DNA from: an uncultured Alphaproteobacteria bacterium
GTDB lineage: Bacteria; Pseudomonadota; Alphaproteobacteria; HIMB59; GCA-002718135
Direction: 5' to 3'
Length of the DNA: 64,000 nucleotides
NCBI GenBank assembly: GCA_902522865.1
Contig: CABYXC010000009.1
Span: forward strand, 2,007 to 66,006
The position numbers were made by a program, and so were the translations under genes. Below the pieces are notes generated by a model. It did not search any database. It was not told where the DNA came from and worked only from the letters and a program-made list of their open reading frames with translations. Of the stretch, positions 28,330 through 37,951 are shown piece after piece. Each line of letters begins with the position of its first letter. Position 1 is the first letter of the stretch.

Positions 28330-29109
28330 TTACCACGCTGTCCAACCACCATCAACTATAAGTGAATGACCAGTCATATAACTTGATGCATCAGATAAAA
28401 GAAAAATTGTTGGTTTTGCGGTTTCGATAGGTTTACCGAAACGTTTTAACATTGTAGAATTTTTTAAATTACTCAAAAATTTTTTATTATTGTTTGCAGC
28501 CTTAGTTATGTTTGGAAAAGGTCCAGGCACAATTGCATTAATACGAATATTGTTTTTACCATAATACGAGGAAAAATATTTTACCATTTGGTTTAGACCA
28601 GCTTTTCCAGCACCATATTCAATGGGATTAGGATTAATATTTTTTGGATACATTTCCATTTTTGGTGATACTAATCCATACATTGAAGCAAACATTACGA
28701 TACTTCCACCTTTTTTCATTTTATTTGCCACACCTCTCATAAGTAAAAAAGAACCTGTTAAGTTAATTTGATTAGCTTTATTAAATTTTTCTGCAGTTAA
28801 TTGAGATAATTTATCAGAAGTTGATCCGAATGTTGCGTTAACTAATCCATCTATATATTTAAATTTTTGATATGCTAATTTAATATTTTTAGAAATCGAT
28901 TCAGGCTCAATCATATTTAAGTAAGAAAATATAATTTTAGTTTTAGGATATTTTTTTTGTAATTTTTTTATTACTAATTCAGATCTTTTGATGTCTTGAT
29001 CGGCTAAAAATATATTTCCTCCCAGTTTCAATATTTCTTCGCATAAAACTGAACCAAGATATCCACAACCTCCAGCAATAAAAATATTTTTATTTTTCAA
29101 ACTAATCAT
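28330..29109 (-). CDS. short-chain dehydrogenase/reductase
   Basis: IAGGCGYLGSVL, catalytic YGAGKAG, VPGP, C-terminal VDGGWTAW. Confidence 0.8.
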   Translation of the reverse strand: MISLKNKNIFIAGGCGYLGSVLCEEILKLGGNIFLADQDIKRSELVIKKLQKKYPKTKIIFSYLNMIEPESISKNIKLAYQKFKYIDGLVNATFGSTSDKLSQLTAEKFNKANQINLTGSFLLMRGVANKMKKGGSIVMFASMYGLVSPKMEMYPKNINPNPIEYGAGKAGLNQMVKYFSSYYGKNNIRINAIVPGPFPNITKAANNNKKFLSNLKNSTMLKRFGKPIETAKPTIFLLSDASSYMTGHSLIVDGGWTAW

Positions 29110-29110
29110 A

Positions 29111-30115
29111 TTAACTGACTTTAATTATTTTTTTATTTTTCCAAGACGATTTAGCAGCCAATACAACTTTTAAATTTAAATAAGCTTCTTCTAAAGTTGC
29201 TAAATCACAATCCTTGCTTTCATAACCATCTAAAAATCTGTTTGCCTGTAATAGAAAATTATTTTGATGTACTTCCATTGGATCTTGACCCTTCATATAA
29301 TCTTTCTGATCTTTCCAAACACCACTATCATCATCAGCAAACATTAAAGTAGAATGATCAAGTTTAATATTACCTTTAGTGCCAACAAACTCATATGTAT
29401 TAATATTTGGTTTCTGAAATTGATTAACAGTTATATTGGCTAAACATCCATTAGAAAATTTTATATTAATAAGACAAGTATCCTCAGTTTCTGTACCCTC
29501 TAATACTAATCTGTCGTACATACAGCCTACCTCTTCGGGAATGCCCAAGATCCAAATTAATTGATCAATCATATGAGTAGAAGCATCAAGTATGGCTCCA
29601 CCTCCGGTTTCTTCTTTTGCATAATAAATAGTTTGATAATCTGGCCTATATTTAGGAAACTCTTGAGAAGAATTAATATAAGCTAATTTAACTTCTCCGA
29701 TTTTATTATTCATAATTTGATCTTTTAAGGCTCTGGAGACTAAGCTATTTCTTCTTGTATACCCTACACGAACAAATAATTTTTTTTCTCTTACCTCTTC
29801 TATAATTTTTTCCAAACCATCAATTTTTGTAGAAAGAGGTTTTTCTACCATAAATGATAGATTATTTTTTATACAAAACTGCATATGTTCCAGATGCCAA
29901 TTAGCTGGTGAACATATTATTGCCAGATCAAATTTTTGATTAACGTCATAAAGAGAATTAAATGTATGTTGAATTTCAAATTCACTATTTAAGTTTTTTT
30001 GTTTATTAACATCTGGTTCAACAATTGAAATTTTGGCTCTTCTTGTTTCCAAATAACCTTTAATATGTCTTTTACCAATTCCACCTGCTCCAATTATTAA
30101 AATATTATAAATCAT
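29111..30115 (-). CDS. Gfo/Idh/MocA-family oxidoreductase
   Basis: ILIIGAGGIGKRH Rossmann motif, MVEKPL, GGGAILDASTH. Confidence 0.8.
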   Translation of the reverse strand: MIYNILIIGAGGIGKRHIKGYLETRRAKISIVEPDVNKQKNLNSEFEIQHTFNSLYDVNQKFDLAIICSPANWHLEHMQFCIKNNLSFMVEKPLSTKIDGLEKIIEEVREKKLFVRVGYTRRNSLVSRALKDQIMNNKIGEVKLAYINSSQEFPKYRPDYQTIYYAKEETGGGAILDASTHMIDQLIWILGIPEEVGCMYDRLVLEGTETEDTCLINIKFSNGCLANITVNQFQKPNINTYEFVGTKGNIKLDHSTLMFADDDSGVWKDQKDYMKGQDPMEVHQNNFLLQANRFLDGYESKDCDLATLEEAYLNLKVVLAAKSSWKNKKIIKVS

Positions 30116-30202
30116 TTTTTATATAAAACTAACTTGACCACTTTATAATAGTATGATGTTATATGAATAAGTAAATTGATAATATAAATAAATTCAAAAA
30201 AA

Positions 30203-30859
30203 ATGACTCTTAATTTTGAAGAATATAAAACCAAACTTTATTCAGCTGTACTAGCTGATACGTTAGATAGTTTGGGTTATCATAAACAAACATTAACACC
30301 AGGTATAAAATCAATAAAACCAGATGTAATTATATGTGGGCTTGCGAGAGTTGGTTTGTATATGCCTATTTATCATGATGATAAAAATACAAATGTTTAC
30401 GAACATGAAATAGCATTGATTGATAGTTTAAAAGAAAATGAAATTGCTGTTTTATGTTGTCATGGAAATGAAAAGATAGCTCCATGGGGAGAATTATTAT
30501 CAACTCGAGCAACTTATTTAAAATCAGCAGGTTGTTTAACAGATGGCTGTGTGCGCGATACAAAAATGATTAATGAAATTGGTTTTCCAGTTTTTGCCAA
30601 AGGAACCAATCCTGTTGATACAAAATTTAGAGGTAAAATGATGATGGCAGATGTGCCAGGTGAAATAGCAAATGTCTATGTTGAAAGTGGAGATTTAGTA
30701 TTTGGCGATAATGATGGTGTTGTTATTGTGCCATCTAAAGTTATTGATGAAGTTATAAAAAAAGCTCTAGAAAAAGTAAGCAGTGAAAATACTGTTAGAG
30801 ATGAACTTAAAAAAGGTGATAGTTTAACTGCTGTATTTGAGAAACATAAAATATTATAA
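30203..30859 (+). CDS. RraA-family protein / 4-hydroxy-4-methyl-2-oxoglutarate-type aldolase
   Basis: GELLSTRATYLKSAGCLTDGCVRD and DNDGVVIVP match the RraA/HMG-aldolase core. Confidence 0.7.
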   Translation: MTLNFEEYKTKLYSAVLADTLDSLGYHKQTLTPGIKSIKPDVIICGLARVGLYMPIYHDDKNTNVYEHEIALIDSLKENEIAVLCCHGNEKIAPWGELLSTRATYLKSAGCLTDGCVRDTKMINEIGFPVFAKGTNPVDTKFRGKMMMADVPGEIANVYVESGDLVFGDNDGVVIVPSKVIDEVIKKALEKVSSENTVRDELKKGDSLTAVFEKHKIL

Positions 30860-31687
30860 TTTTATATTATTATTTTCAGCAACTGCTGCCCATAAATTTG
30901 GATAAGTTTTAAGAAAAGAATTTTTTGCATTTTCAGCTGAAAGTTTATTTTCAAAAACTGAAAAAATACATGATCCACTTCCTGTTAGTCTTGTAAAAAT
31001 AGTATCATCTAAATTATCCATCTTATTATAAATAGCATTAAAATCTGGTTCGAGTTTTTTAATTACTTTTTCAAAATCATTCCCGTTATCGTTATCATTA
31101 ATTTCCTCAAAATCTTCCTCAATATTATAATCAAAATCAGAAGGAATAAATGTGTCATACATTTTTTTTGTAGAACAATTAAAATTTGGTTTTGTTATTA
31201 AAAAAAAATATTTTGGAAAGACAATATTTGAGATTAAGTCTCCTCTTCCTCTTACCAAACTATCGTGTTGATTAAGAAAGAAAGGAATATCAGAACCTAA
31301 ATCTGTATAGTCAAAAATATTTTTTTTATTAATAATTTCTAGATTTTCTAGAATCTTTATTACCGTTGCTGCATTTGAAGATGCCGAGCCCAATCCAGCT
31401 TGATAGGGAAAGTTTTTTGTAATTAAAAACGAAATGTTGGGAGGTGAAATATTCAAAAAACTAAATATTTTTTTTATAATACAATCATCAAATATATTAT
31501 TTTCTGGAGCAAATGCACCCCTGTATTCAATATTGAATTGATTGCTTGGCTTTACCTCTATTTCATCACATAAATTAATACTGGTTATTCCTGTTCTAAT
31601 ATTATGATAATTATCATCTCTTCGATTTAAAATTTTAAGAAATAAATTTATTTTTGCAGGTGACTTCTCAGTAATACTATTATCCAT
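30854..31687 (-). CDS. ispE: 4-diphosphocytidyl-2-C-methyl-D-erythritol kinase
   Basis: SPAKINLFLKILNRRDDNYHNI and the GHMP motif AGLGSASSNAA. Confidence 0.85.
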   Translation of the reverse strand: MDNSITEKSPAKINLFLKILNRRDDNYHNIRTGITSINLCDEIEVKPSNQFNIEYRGAFAPENNIFDDCIIKKIFSFLNISPPNISFLITKNFPYQAGLGSASSNAATVIKILENLEIINKKNIFDYTDLGSDIPFFLNQHDSLVRGRGDLISNIVFPKYFFLITKPNFNCSTKKMYDTFIPSDFDYNIEEDFEEINDNDNGNDFEKVIKKLEPDFNAIYNKMDNLDDTIFTRLTGSGSCIFSVFENKLSAENAKNSFLKTYPNLWAAVAENNNIKL

Positions 31688-32987
31688 TAAATTTTTCTAA
31701 TTTAATTTTAACATCTTCTTCAATTTCATCTTCAGGTTCAGCTAACTCTAGTGCTTGTTGCCAGAAATGAATAGCTTCTCTTTTTCTATTCATAGCATAA
31801 TAAATATCTCCTAGGTGGTCTAGAGATATTGCTTCACCTGGCGCAATATCTATTACCATTTCCATTAAACGAGCAGCTTCTGAAAGATTATTTTTTTTAA
31901 AATGTGCCCAGGCAAGACTGTCAATAATATAGAAACTTTCAGGATTAGCTTCATACGCTTTTTCTAACATTTGCAAAGAACGATCTAATTTCATTTCTCT
32001 TTCAACCCAGCCATAAGCAAGATAATTTAAAACGTTTGGACTATCAGGTTTTATTTCAAGTGATTTTAAAAAATCTTTTTCTGCCAAATCCCAATCACCT
32101 AATTGTTCAAAACATATACCTCTCATATAATATATATTCCAAACATCACCTCGGTTTTCTTCAATCATCTGGTTATAAATTGATAAAGCTAAATCATATT
32201 TTTTATTGTACCGATAAAAATCACCAAGAATTTTTTTTAGAGAATAATTGTTATTGTTATTTTGTAGAATAGATAAAATTTTATTTTCAGCATCTTCATA
32301 CAAACTATTATATAAATAATTAATTGCTAAACTACTTTGTGCATCTAAATAATATGGACTTTCCTTCCCTATCTTCTCAAAAGTATCTCTAGCCACTTCG
32401 AATTGACCAACTTGATCAAATAGTTCAGCCTTAATAATTATTGCTCTATCATTTTTTGGATCAATTAATTTGGCAAGTGAAGTATAAAATAATAAAAAAT
32501 TATAGTTTAAACGTCTTTGCTCATTATTTGAAAAAGATGATGCCACAATTTCAACAAGTGAACGACTAATGGTAGTACCATCTTTAAGTCTATTATTTGT
32601 GAAGAAAATAAAATCTAGTAATTCATTTGGTTGATCTAAATTATCTCGTAATTCTTTTATCTGATTAAATTTTTTATCTAAAAATAATGATGAAATTTTA
32701 ATTATAAATGCTTCTTGATTATTTTTATTTTTTTCCAAAATTTTATTAGCAATATCTTTGGCTAAATTAATATCTTCGGTAATAATCGCCGCTATTGCTT
32801 TATCAAGTAGTTGATCTTGAGATAGTTTTATTTTATTGGCATTAAAATTCAATAATGTTGCAGGATAATCATAATTTTTAAAGGCTAGTTGTGATATTAA
32901 AAAGTTAGAACTACTTGTTGCAAAAACACTAGTATTGAAGGAGATAAGAAGACAAATAAAAAACCATTTTTTGATCAAATTAATCAT
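31680..32987 (-). CDS. TPR-repeat protein with signal peptide
   Basis: N-terminal hydrophobic signal and repeated TPR-like A/Y/L patterns (DWDLAEKDFLKSLEIKPDSPNVLNYLAY...). It overlaps the ispE start, as in other alphaproteobacteria. Confidence 0.7.
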   Translation of the reverse strand: MINLIKKWFFICLLISFNTSVFATSSSNFLISQLAFKNYDYPATLLNFNANKIKLSQDQLLDKAIAAIITEDINLAKDIANKILEKNKNNQEAFIIKISSLFLDKKFNQIKELRDNLDQPNELLDFIFFTNNRLKDGTTISRSLVEIVASSFSNNEQRRLNYNFLLFYTSLAKLIDPKNDRAIIIKAELFDQVGQFEVARDTFEKIGKESPYYLDAQSSLAINYLYNSLYEDAENKILSILQNNNNNYSLKKILGDFYRYNKKYDLALSIYNQMIEENRGDVWNIYYMRGICFEQLGDWDLAEKDFLKSLEIKPDSPNVLNYLAYGWVEREMKLDRSLQMLEKAYEANPESFYIIDSLAWAHFKKNNLSEAARLMEMVIDIAPGEAISLDHLGDIYYAMNRKREAIHFWQQALELAEPEDEIEEDVKIKLEKFNG

Positions 32988-33034
32988 TTTAAATATACTA
33001 GAGTTGCACTATGAATAGATAATTGTAAATTTGC

Positions 33035-33745
33035 ATGAATCAATCAAATAAAAAAAATTTAGAATTCATAGTTAATTCTGGAGTAAACTATTTTCTTCAA
33101 GATTCTCCAAGAAACTGGTTTGAAAATGAGAAAAAATCTGAATTACCTGATCCCAATATCAATGCTGGGGATAAAAAAAAGAAAATTGATGATGTGATTA
33201 AAGACCTTAAAGATTACAAATCTAATCTTCAAAAAACTGCAAAAAATTTAGTTGTCTATGATGGAAATTTAAATGCAAAAGTTATGTTAATTGGTGAGGC
33301 TCCAGGAAGAGATGAGGATCAGCAAGGTATTCCATTTGTTGGGAGAGCTGGGCAACTATTAAATAAAATGCTTTTAGCAATTAATTTACAAAGAGAAGAC
33401 GTCTATATTACTAATGTTGTTAATTGGCGTCCACCTGATAATAGAACGCCTAATGATGAAGAAATTTTAGAATTTTTGCCATTTTTACAAAGACAAATTG
33501 ATATTGTTAAGCCGAAATTTATCTTCCTATTAGGAGGTGTTGCAGCAAAAGCAATTTTATCAACACCTCTAGCCCTTGGAAAACTGAGAGGTAAATGGCA
33601 TGAATACAAATCACTGAATTTAGACGGATCAATTCCTACAATAGCTTCCTATCATCCTGCGTTTTTACTTCGATCTCCTCAGTATAAAAAGCACTCTTGG
33701 GAAGATTTACAAATGCTACAAGAAAAATTGAAAAATGTATCATAA
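33035..33745 (+). CDS. udg: uracil-DNA glycosylase, family 4
   Basis: GEAPGRDEDQQGIPFVGRAGQLL (motif A) and HPAFLLR (motif B). Confidence 0.85.
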   Translation: MNQSNKKNLEFIVNSGVNYFLQDSPRNWFENEKKSELPDPNINAGDKKKKIDDVIKDLKDYKSNLQKTAKNLVVYDGNLNAKVMLIGEAPGRDEDQQGIPFVGRAGQLLNKMLLAINLQREDVYITNVVNWRPPDNRTPNDEEILEFLPFLQRQIDIVKPKFIFLLGGVAAKAILSTPLALGKLRGKWHEYKSLNLDGSIPTIASYHPAFLLRSPQYKKHSWEDLQMLQEKLKNVS

Positions 33746-35480
33746 AAAATTTTTAATTTTTTGTTTTTTTATATTCTTTGTAATTTTTCCAAAACAAATC
33801 TATGCTTACCAGCAAGATATAGTCACCAAATACGATAATATATTCTCATCAAAGGTGCTTAGTGAAGAAGATGTTTATAACTATCAACAAGCATATAAGT
33901 TTCAAGAAATATGCAAATGGAAAAGTGCAAACAATTTTATTTTAAAAATTAAAAATAAATCTTTACTAGGACACATTTATGCGCAAAAGTTTTTGCATCC
34001 AAATTGTTATCGATCAAAGTATTTAGAACTATATTATTGGCTAAAAAAATATAATGACCACCCTCAAGCAAAACAAATTTATAAATTGGCTATTCGAAGA
34101 ATGCCAGAGGGTTATAAAAGCCCGACTAAACCAAGCATTCCAATTGGAATAGAGTCAGAACAGGTAACCAGTAAAAAGACTAGTAAATATAAAAGTTCTA
34201 AAAAACTCTCTAACAATCAAAGAGCTGAAAAAAGAAAATTAATTAACGGAATTAAATCAAGAGTTAACAAAGGATGGCCAACAGGTGCAGTACAATTATT
34301 AAATCAAAGAGATGTAGATCTATTATTAGATCAAGTTGAGATAGATCAACAAAAAGAATTAATCGCCAAAGGATATTTCTTAGCAAATAAAAATGACTTA
34401 GCAATCCAATATGCTTCTGAAGCTCTTGTAAATTCTGTAAAGTATGTTCCTTATGCAGCTTGGACTGCTGGTTTATCTTCTTGGAGGCTAAAAAAATATG
34501 AAGATGCTGCAAAATATTTTTCTCTCTTTTCGATTAGTTTAAAAGATGATGCGTGGCATCAAACGTCAGGAAGTTTTTGGACAGCCAGATCATATGCAAA
34601 ACTTGGTCGTTATGATGATATTAATTTTTGGTTAAAAAGAGCATCAAATAATCCAAATAGTTTTTATGGAATGCTTGCATTAGAAATTTTAGGTGTAGAT
34701 GAAAAAATAGAATGGGTAGAACATACTGATCTAAATAAAAATAATAGTACAATTTTAAATATACCAGTAGGAAAAAGAATACAGACACTAATACAAGTAG
34801 GGTTTGCAGATGAATTAGAAAAGGAAATTGTTCATATCAATTCAATTTTAAATAGAGAAATAGCAAAAGAGTCTATTCAAATTGCTGAAAATTTTGATCT
34901 TGCCTATACGCAATTAAAAATTGTCAATAAGCTCGAAAATTTCGGAATGGATGTTCCAACCTATCTTTACTACCCAACAAGTATCTGGAAACCAAGAGAT
35001 GGTTTCAAATTAGAAAAAGAATTACTCCACGCCTTTATGCATCAAGAATCTATGTTTAATATAAAGGCAAAAAGTAAAGACGGTGCCATAGGTTTAATGC
35101 AGGTATTACCTTCAACAGCAAAGTTTATTACCAAAAGTAAAGATGTAAAAAGAAGCAATAGCAATATTCTTAAAAATCCAGAAATAAATCTAGAGGTGGG
35201 GCAAGAATACTTGGCGTATCTTCTTGATCTAGAGCAAGTTTCAAGAAATCTTATATTTCTCGCAGCAGCTTATAACGGAGGTCCAGGAAATTTACAAAAA
35301 TGGAAAAATGAAACAAACTATATGGAAGATTCACTCTTTTTTATGGAAAGTATTCCCTCAAGAGAAACACGTTGGTTCATTGAAAAAATCTTAACAAAAT
35401 ATTGGATTTACCAAAATAAAAACAATAAAGAAATGCGTTCCCTAAAAATGCTAGCAAATGGAAATGATCCACTTTATTAA
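33735..35480 (+). CDS. slt: soluble lytic murein transglycosylase (Slt family)
   Basis: Signal peptide, a superhelical N-domain, catalytic ESMFN...GAIGLMQVLPSTA and AAYNGGPGN. Confidence 0.85.
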   Translation: MYHKKFLIFCFFIFFVIFPKQIYAYQQDIVTKYDNIFSSKVLSEEDVYNYQQAYKFQEICKWKSANNFILKIKNKSLLGHIYAQKFLHPNCYRSKYLELYYWLKKYNDHPQAKQIYKLAIRRMPEGYKSPTKPSIPIGIESEQVTSKKTSKYKSSKKLSNNQRAEKRKLINGIKSRVNKGWPTGAVQLLNQRDVDLLLDQVEIDQQKELIAKGYFLANKNDLAIQYASEALVNSVKYVPYAAWTAGLSSWRLKKYEDAAKYFSLFSISLKDDAWHQTSGSFWTARSYAKLGRYDDINFWLKRASNNPNSFYGMLALEILGVDEKIEWVEHTDLNKNNSTILNIPVGKRIQTLIQVGFADELEKEIVHINSILNREIAKESIQIAENFDLAYTQLKIVNKLENFGMDVPTYLYYPTSIWKPRDGFKLEKELLHAFMHQESMFNIKAKSKDGAIGLMQVLPSTAKFITKSKDVKRSNSNILKNPEINLEVGQEYLAYLLDLEQVSRNLIFLAAAYNGGPGNLQKWKNETNYMEDSLFFMESIPSRETRWFIEKILTKYWIYQNKNNKEMRSLKMLANGNDPLY

Positions 35481-35486
35481 TAGGTT

Positions 35487-36014
35487 ATGCCAATTGATAC
35501 TTCTCTAGATTTTGTTCCGATAAATATTGCTGTTATTACAATTTCAGATTCAAGAACTAAAGAAAACGATACATCTGGAGATACATTAGAAAAGCGCATT
35601 ACTGATGCTGGTCATACAATGATTAAACGGACAATTATACCAGATGATGTTACTCAAATAAAAAATACCTTAAACACAATGTCTAAAGAAAAAGAGATTG
35701 ATTGCATTATTACAACTGGTGGAACTGGTCTAACAGGAAGAGATACAACACCAGAAGCTGTAAATGCTATTGCAAGTAAACACATCGATGGATTTGGAGA
35801 ATTATTTCGCCAAGTCAGTTTTGAAAAAATTGGCACATCGGCAATTCAATCACGAGCAGTTGCAGCTTTAATAAATAGTACGTATGTTTTTTGTTTGCCC
35901 GGATCGACAGGTGCATGCAAAGATGGTTGGGATGAAATTTTACAATATCAATTAGACATTAGACATAAGCCCTGTAATTTTGTTGAAATCATGCCAAGAT
36001 TAAATGAAAAGTAG
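35487..36014 (+). CDS. moaB: molybdenum cofactor biosynthesis protein B (MoaB/MogA family)
   Basis: ITISDSR..., ITTGGTGLTGRD, LPGS. Confidence 0.8.
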   Translation: MPIDTSLDFVPINIAVITISDSRTKENDTSGDTLEKRITDAGHTMIKRTIIPDDVTQIKNTLNTMSKEKEIDCIITTGGTGLTGRDTTPEAVNAIASKHIDGFGELFRQVSFEKIGTSAIQSRAVAALINSTYVFCLPGSTGACKDGWDEILQYQLDIRHKPCNFVEIMPRLNEK

Positions 36015-36628
36015 TGACTGATTTTTCTATAGAGAAATCAATTGGTGAACCTGTAATTGGTTTAGATGAAGTTGGCAGAGGTCCATTAGCAGGCCCAGTG
36101 GTGAGTTGTGGATGTTATTTTTCTAATTATGATGATTTAGAATCAGAAATACCCATAACTGATTCAAAAAAACATACGGCAAAACAGCGAGAAAAATTAT
36201 TCTTATTTTTTAAAAAATTGCAAAAAGAAAAGAAACTTAAATATCACTTAGGCTATGCAAGTGTAGAAGAAATAGATAGGATCAATATTTTGGAGGCAAC
36301 AAAATTATCGATGAAAAGAGTAATAAATAAATTTAATTTTGAGAATCCCTATCTTGTTATTGATGGAAATTTTTCATTAAGTTATCCAAATGAAAAATCT
36401 ATTATAGGTGGTGATAAAAAATCTTTATCGATTGCAAGTGCATCTATTATTGCAAAAGTTCACCGTGACCGGCTAATGAGTATACTTGATGCTAAATTTA
36501 AACTTTATGATTGGAAAAAAAATGCGGGATACGGAACCCAAAAACATATTGATGCAATACATAAACATGGGATAACTAATTTTCACCGAAAATCTTTTGA
36601 ACCAATTAAATCCCTATTAAAAAAATAA
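36014..36628 (+). CDS. rnhB: ribonuclease HII
   Basis: GLDEVGRGPLAGPVV, DSKK, IASASIIAKV. GTG start overlapping the moaB stop codon. Confidence 0.9.
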   Translation: MTDFSIEKSIGEPVIGLDEVGRGPLAGPVVSCGCYFSNYDDLESEIPITDSKKHTAKQREKLFLFFKKLQKEKKLKYHLGYASVEEIDRINILEATKLSMKRVINKFNFENPYLVIDGNFSLSYPNEKSIIGGDKKSLSIASASIIAKVHRDRLMSILDAKFKLYDWKKNAGYGTQKHIDAIHKHGITNFHRKSFEPIKSLLKK

Positions 36629-36752
36629 ATTACTGAAATTTATCCATGCAAATATTGCATAATAAATATTATTTTATTATGCTTCAAAAAGATGCGACAA
36701 ATACTAAATATAAATTATATTTCATCATTCCTCCCATTTGATGAACTATTTT

Positions 36753-36777
36753 AGGGGTCTACGGACCCCTTTTTTTA
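36753..36777 (+). terminator. Rho-independent terminator
   Basis: 7-bp GC-rich stem AGGGGTC / GACCCCT with loop TACG, followed by a T run. It lies about 125 nt after the rnhB stop codon. Confidence 0.75.
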
Positions 36778-36814
36778 TGTATTAGACCAAATTTTATGGT
36801 TATCCCTATCTAAA

Positions 36815-36868
36815 GATTCCCCCTGTTGATAACTCAATTGACCTGATTCCATATCTGCTTAAAGATTC
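36815..36868 (+). promoter_or_regulatory. cluster of three GANTC (CcrM target) sites in the ccrM upstream region
   Basis: GATTC at 36815-36819, 36845-36849 and 36864-36868, with a fourth at 36908-36912 just inside the gene. The ATG is at 36881. Confidence 0.6.
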
Positions 36869-36880
36869 TTTTTATCAATT

Positions 36881-37951
36881 ATGAAGAAAAATCAGATCAT
36901 TTTAGGCGATTCAATTAAGGAAATGAAAAAACTAAAAGATCATTCTGCTGATCTTATTTTTGCTGACCCACCTTACAATCTTCAATTAAAAGATACCTTA
37001 TACAGACCTGATCAAACAACAGTCGAAGCAGTTACACAAGATTGGGATAAATTTAGTACGTATAAAGAATATGATCAATTTACTAATGCGTGGCTTAGTG
37101 AATGTAAACGTGTTTTAAAAAAAGGTGGGGCACTTTGGGTGATAGGAAGTTATCATAATATTTTACGTGTTGGTTCTACAATACAAGATGCAGGCTTATG
37201 GATTTTAAATGATATTATTTGGCATAAAACAAATCCCATGCCAAACTTTCGTGGTACACGTTTTACAAATGCGCATGAAACACTGTTATGGTGCACAACA
37301 TCAAGAGAAGCAAAATACACATTTAACTATCAAAATCTCAAAGAACTAAATGAAGGAAAACAAATGCGGAGTGACTGGTATATTCCTATTTGTTCAGGGA
37401 AAGAAAGATTGCGTAAAGATAACAATCAACGATCACACCCAACGCAAAAACCAGAAGCTCTCCTCTACCGAATTCTATTAGCATCGACAAACAAAGGTGA
37501 TCTTGTTCTTGATCTTTTTTCTGGAAGTGGGACAACAGCTGTTGTAGCTAAGAAATTACAACGTAACTTTATTGGCATAGAAAAAGATAAAGACTACGTT
37601 AAACTTTCAAAAGAACGATTAAAGAATACAAAAGTATTGAAAGAAGAAGTTGTTACTATTGCAAAGAGCAGAAAAGAATTACCAAAAGTTCCTTTTGGTG
37701 AATTAGTCGAGCAAGGAATTATTCCACCAGGTGCCGTATTAACAGATAAAAAAGAACGCTTTAAAGCAACGGTCAGTATTGATGGAACACTTAAAATAAA
37801 AGATTTAACAGGTTCTATTCATCAAATGGGAGCTAAAATACAAGGACTACCAAGTTGTAATGGATGGGATTTTTGGCATGTAAAAGATAAGTCAAAATCA
37901 ATCCTACTTGACGAAATACGATCTAATTACCGTAAAGATAAACTAAATTAA
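36881..37951 (+). CDS. ccrM: cell-cycle-type N6-adenine DNA methyltransferase (GANTC-specific CcrM orthologue)
   Basis: Collinear with Caulobacter CcrM: FADPPYNL, WVIGSYHNI, NDIIWHKTNPMPNF, RGTRFTNAHETLLW, MRSDW, HPTQKPEALLYR, FSGSGTT, and the C-terminal SIHQMGAKIQ...CNGWDFWH. Confidence 0.95.
   Translation: MKKNQIILGDSIKEMKKLKDHSADLIFADPPYNLQLKDTLYRPDQTTVEAVTQDWDKFSTYKEYDQFTNAWLSECKRVLKKGGALWVIGSYHNILRVGSTIQDAGLWILNDIIWHKTNPMPNFRGTRFTNAHETLLWCTTSREAKYTFNYQNLKELNEGKQMRSDWYIPICSGKERLRKDNNQRSHPTQKPEALLYRILLASTNKGDLVLDLFSGSGTTAVVAKKLQRNFIGIEKDKDYVKLSKERLKNTKVLKEEVVTIAKSRKELPKVPFGELVEQGIIPPGAVLTDKKERFKATVSIDGTLKIKDLTGSIHQMGAKIQGLPSCNGWDFWHVKDKSKSILLDEIRSNYRKDKLN

Noticed and set aside
36679-36741. 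A 20-codon ORF (MLQKDATNTKYKLYFIIPPI) between rnhB and the terminator.
   Set aside because: No Shine-Dalgarno, an AT-rich chance-length ORF, and no recognisable peptide features.
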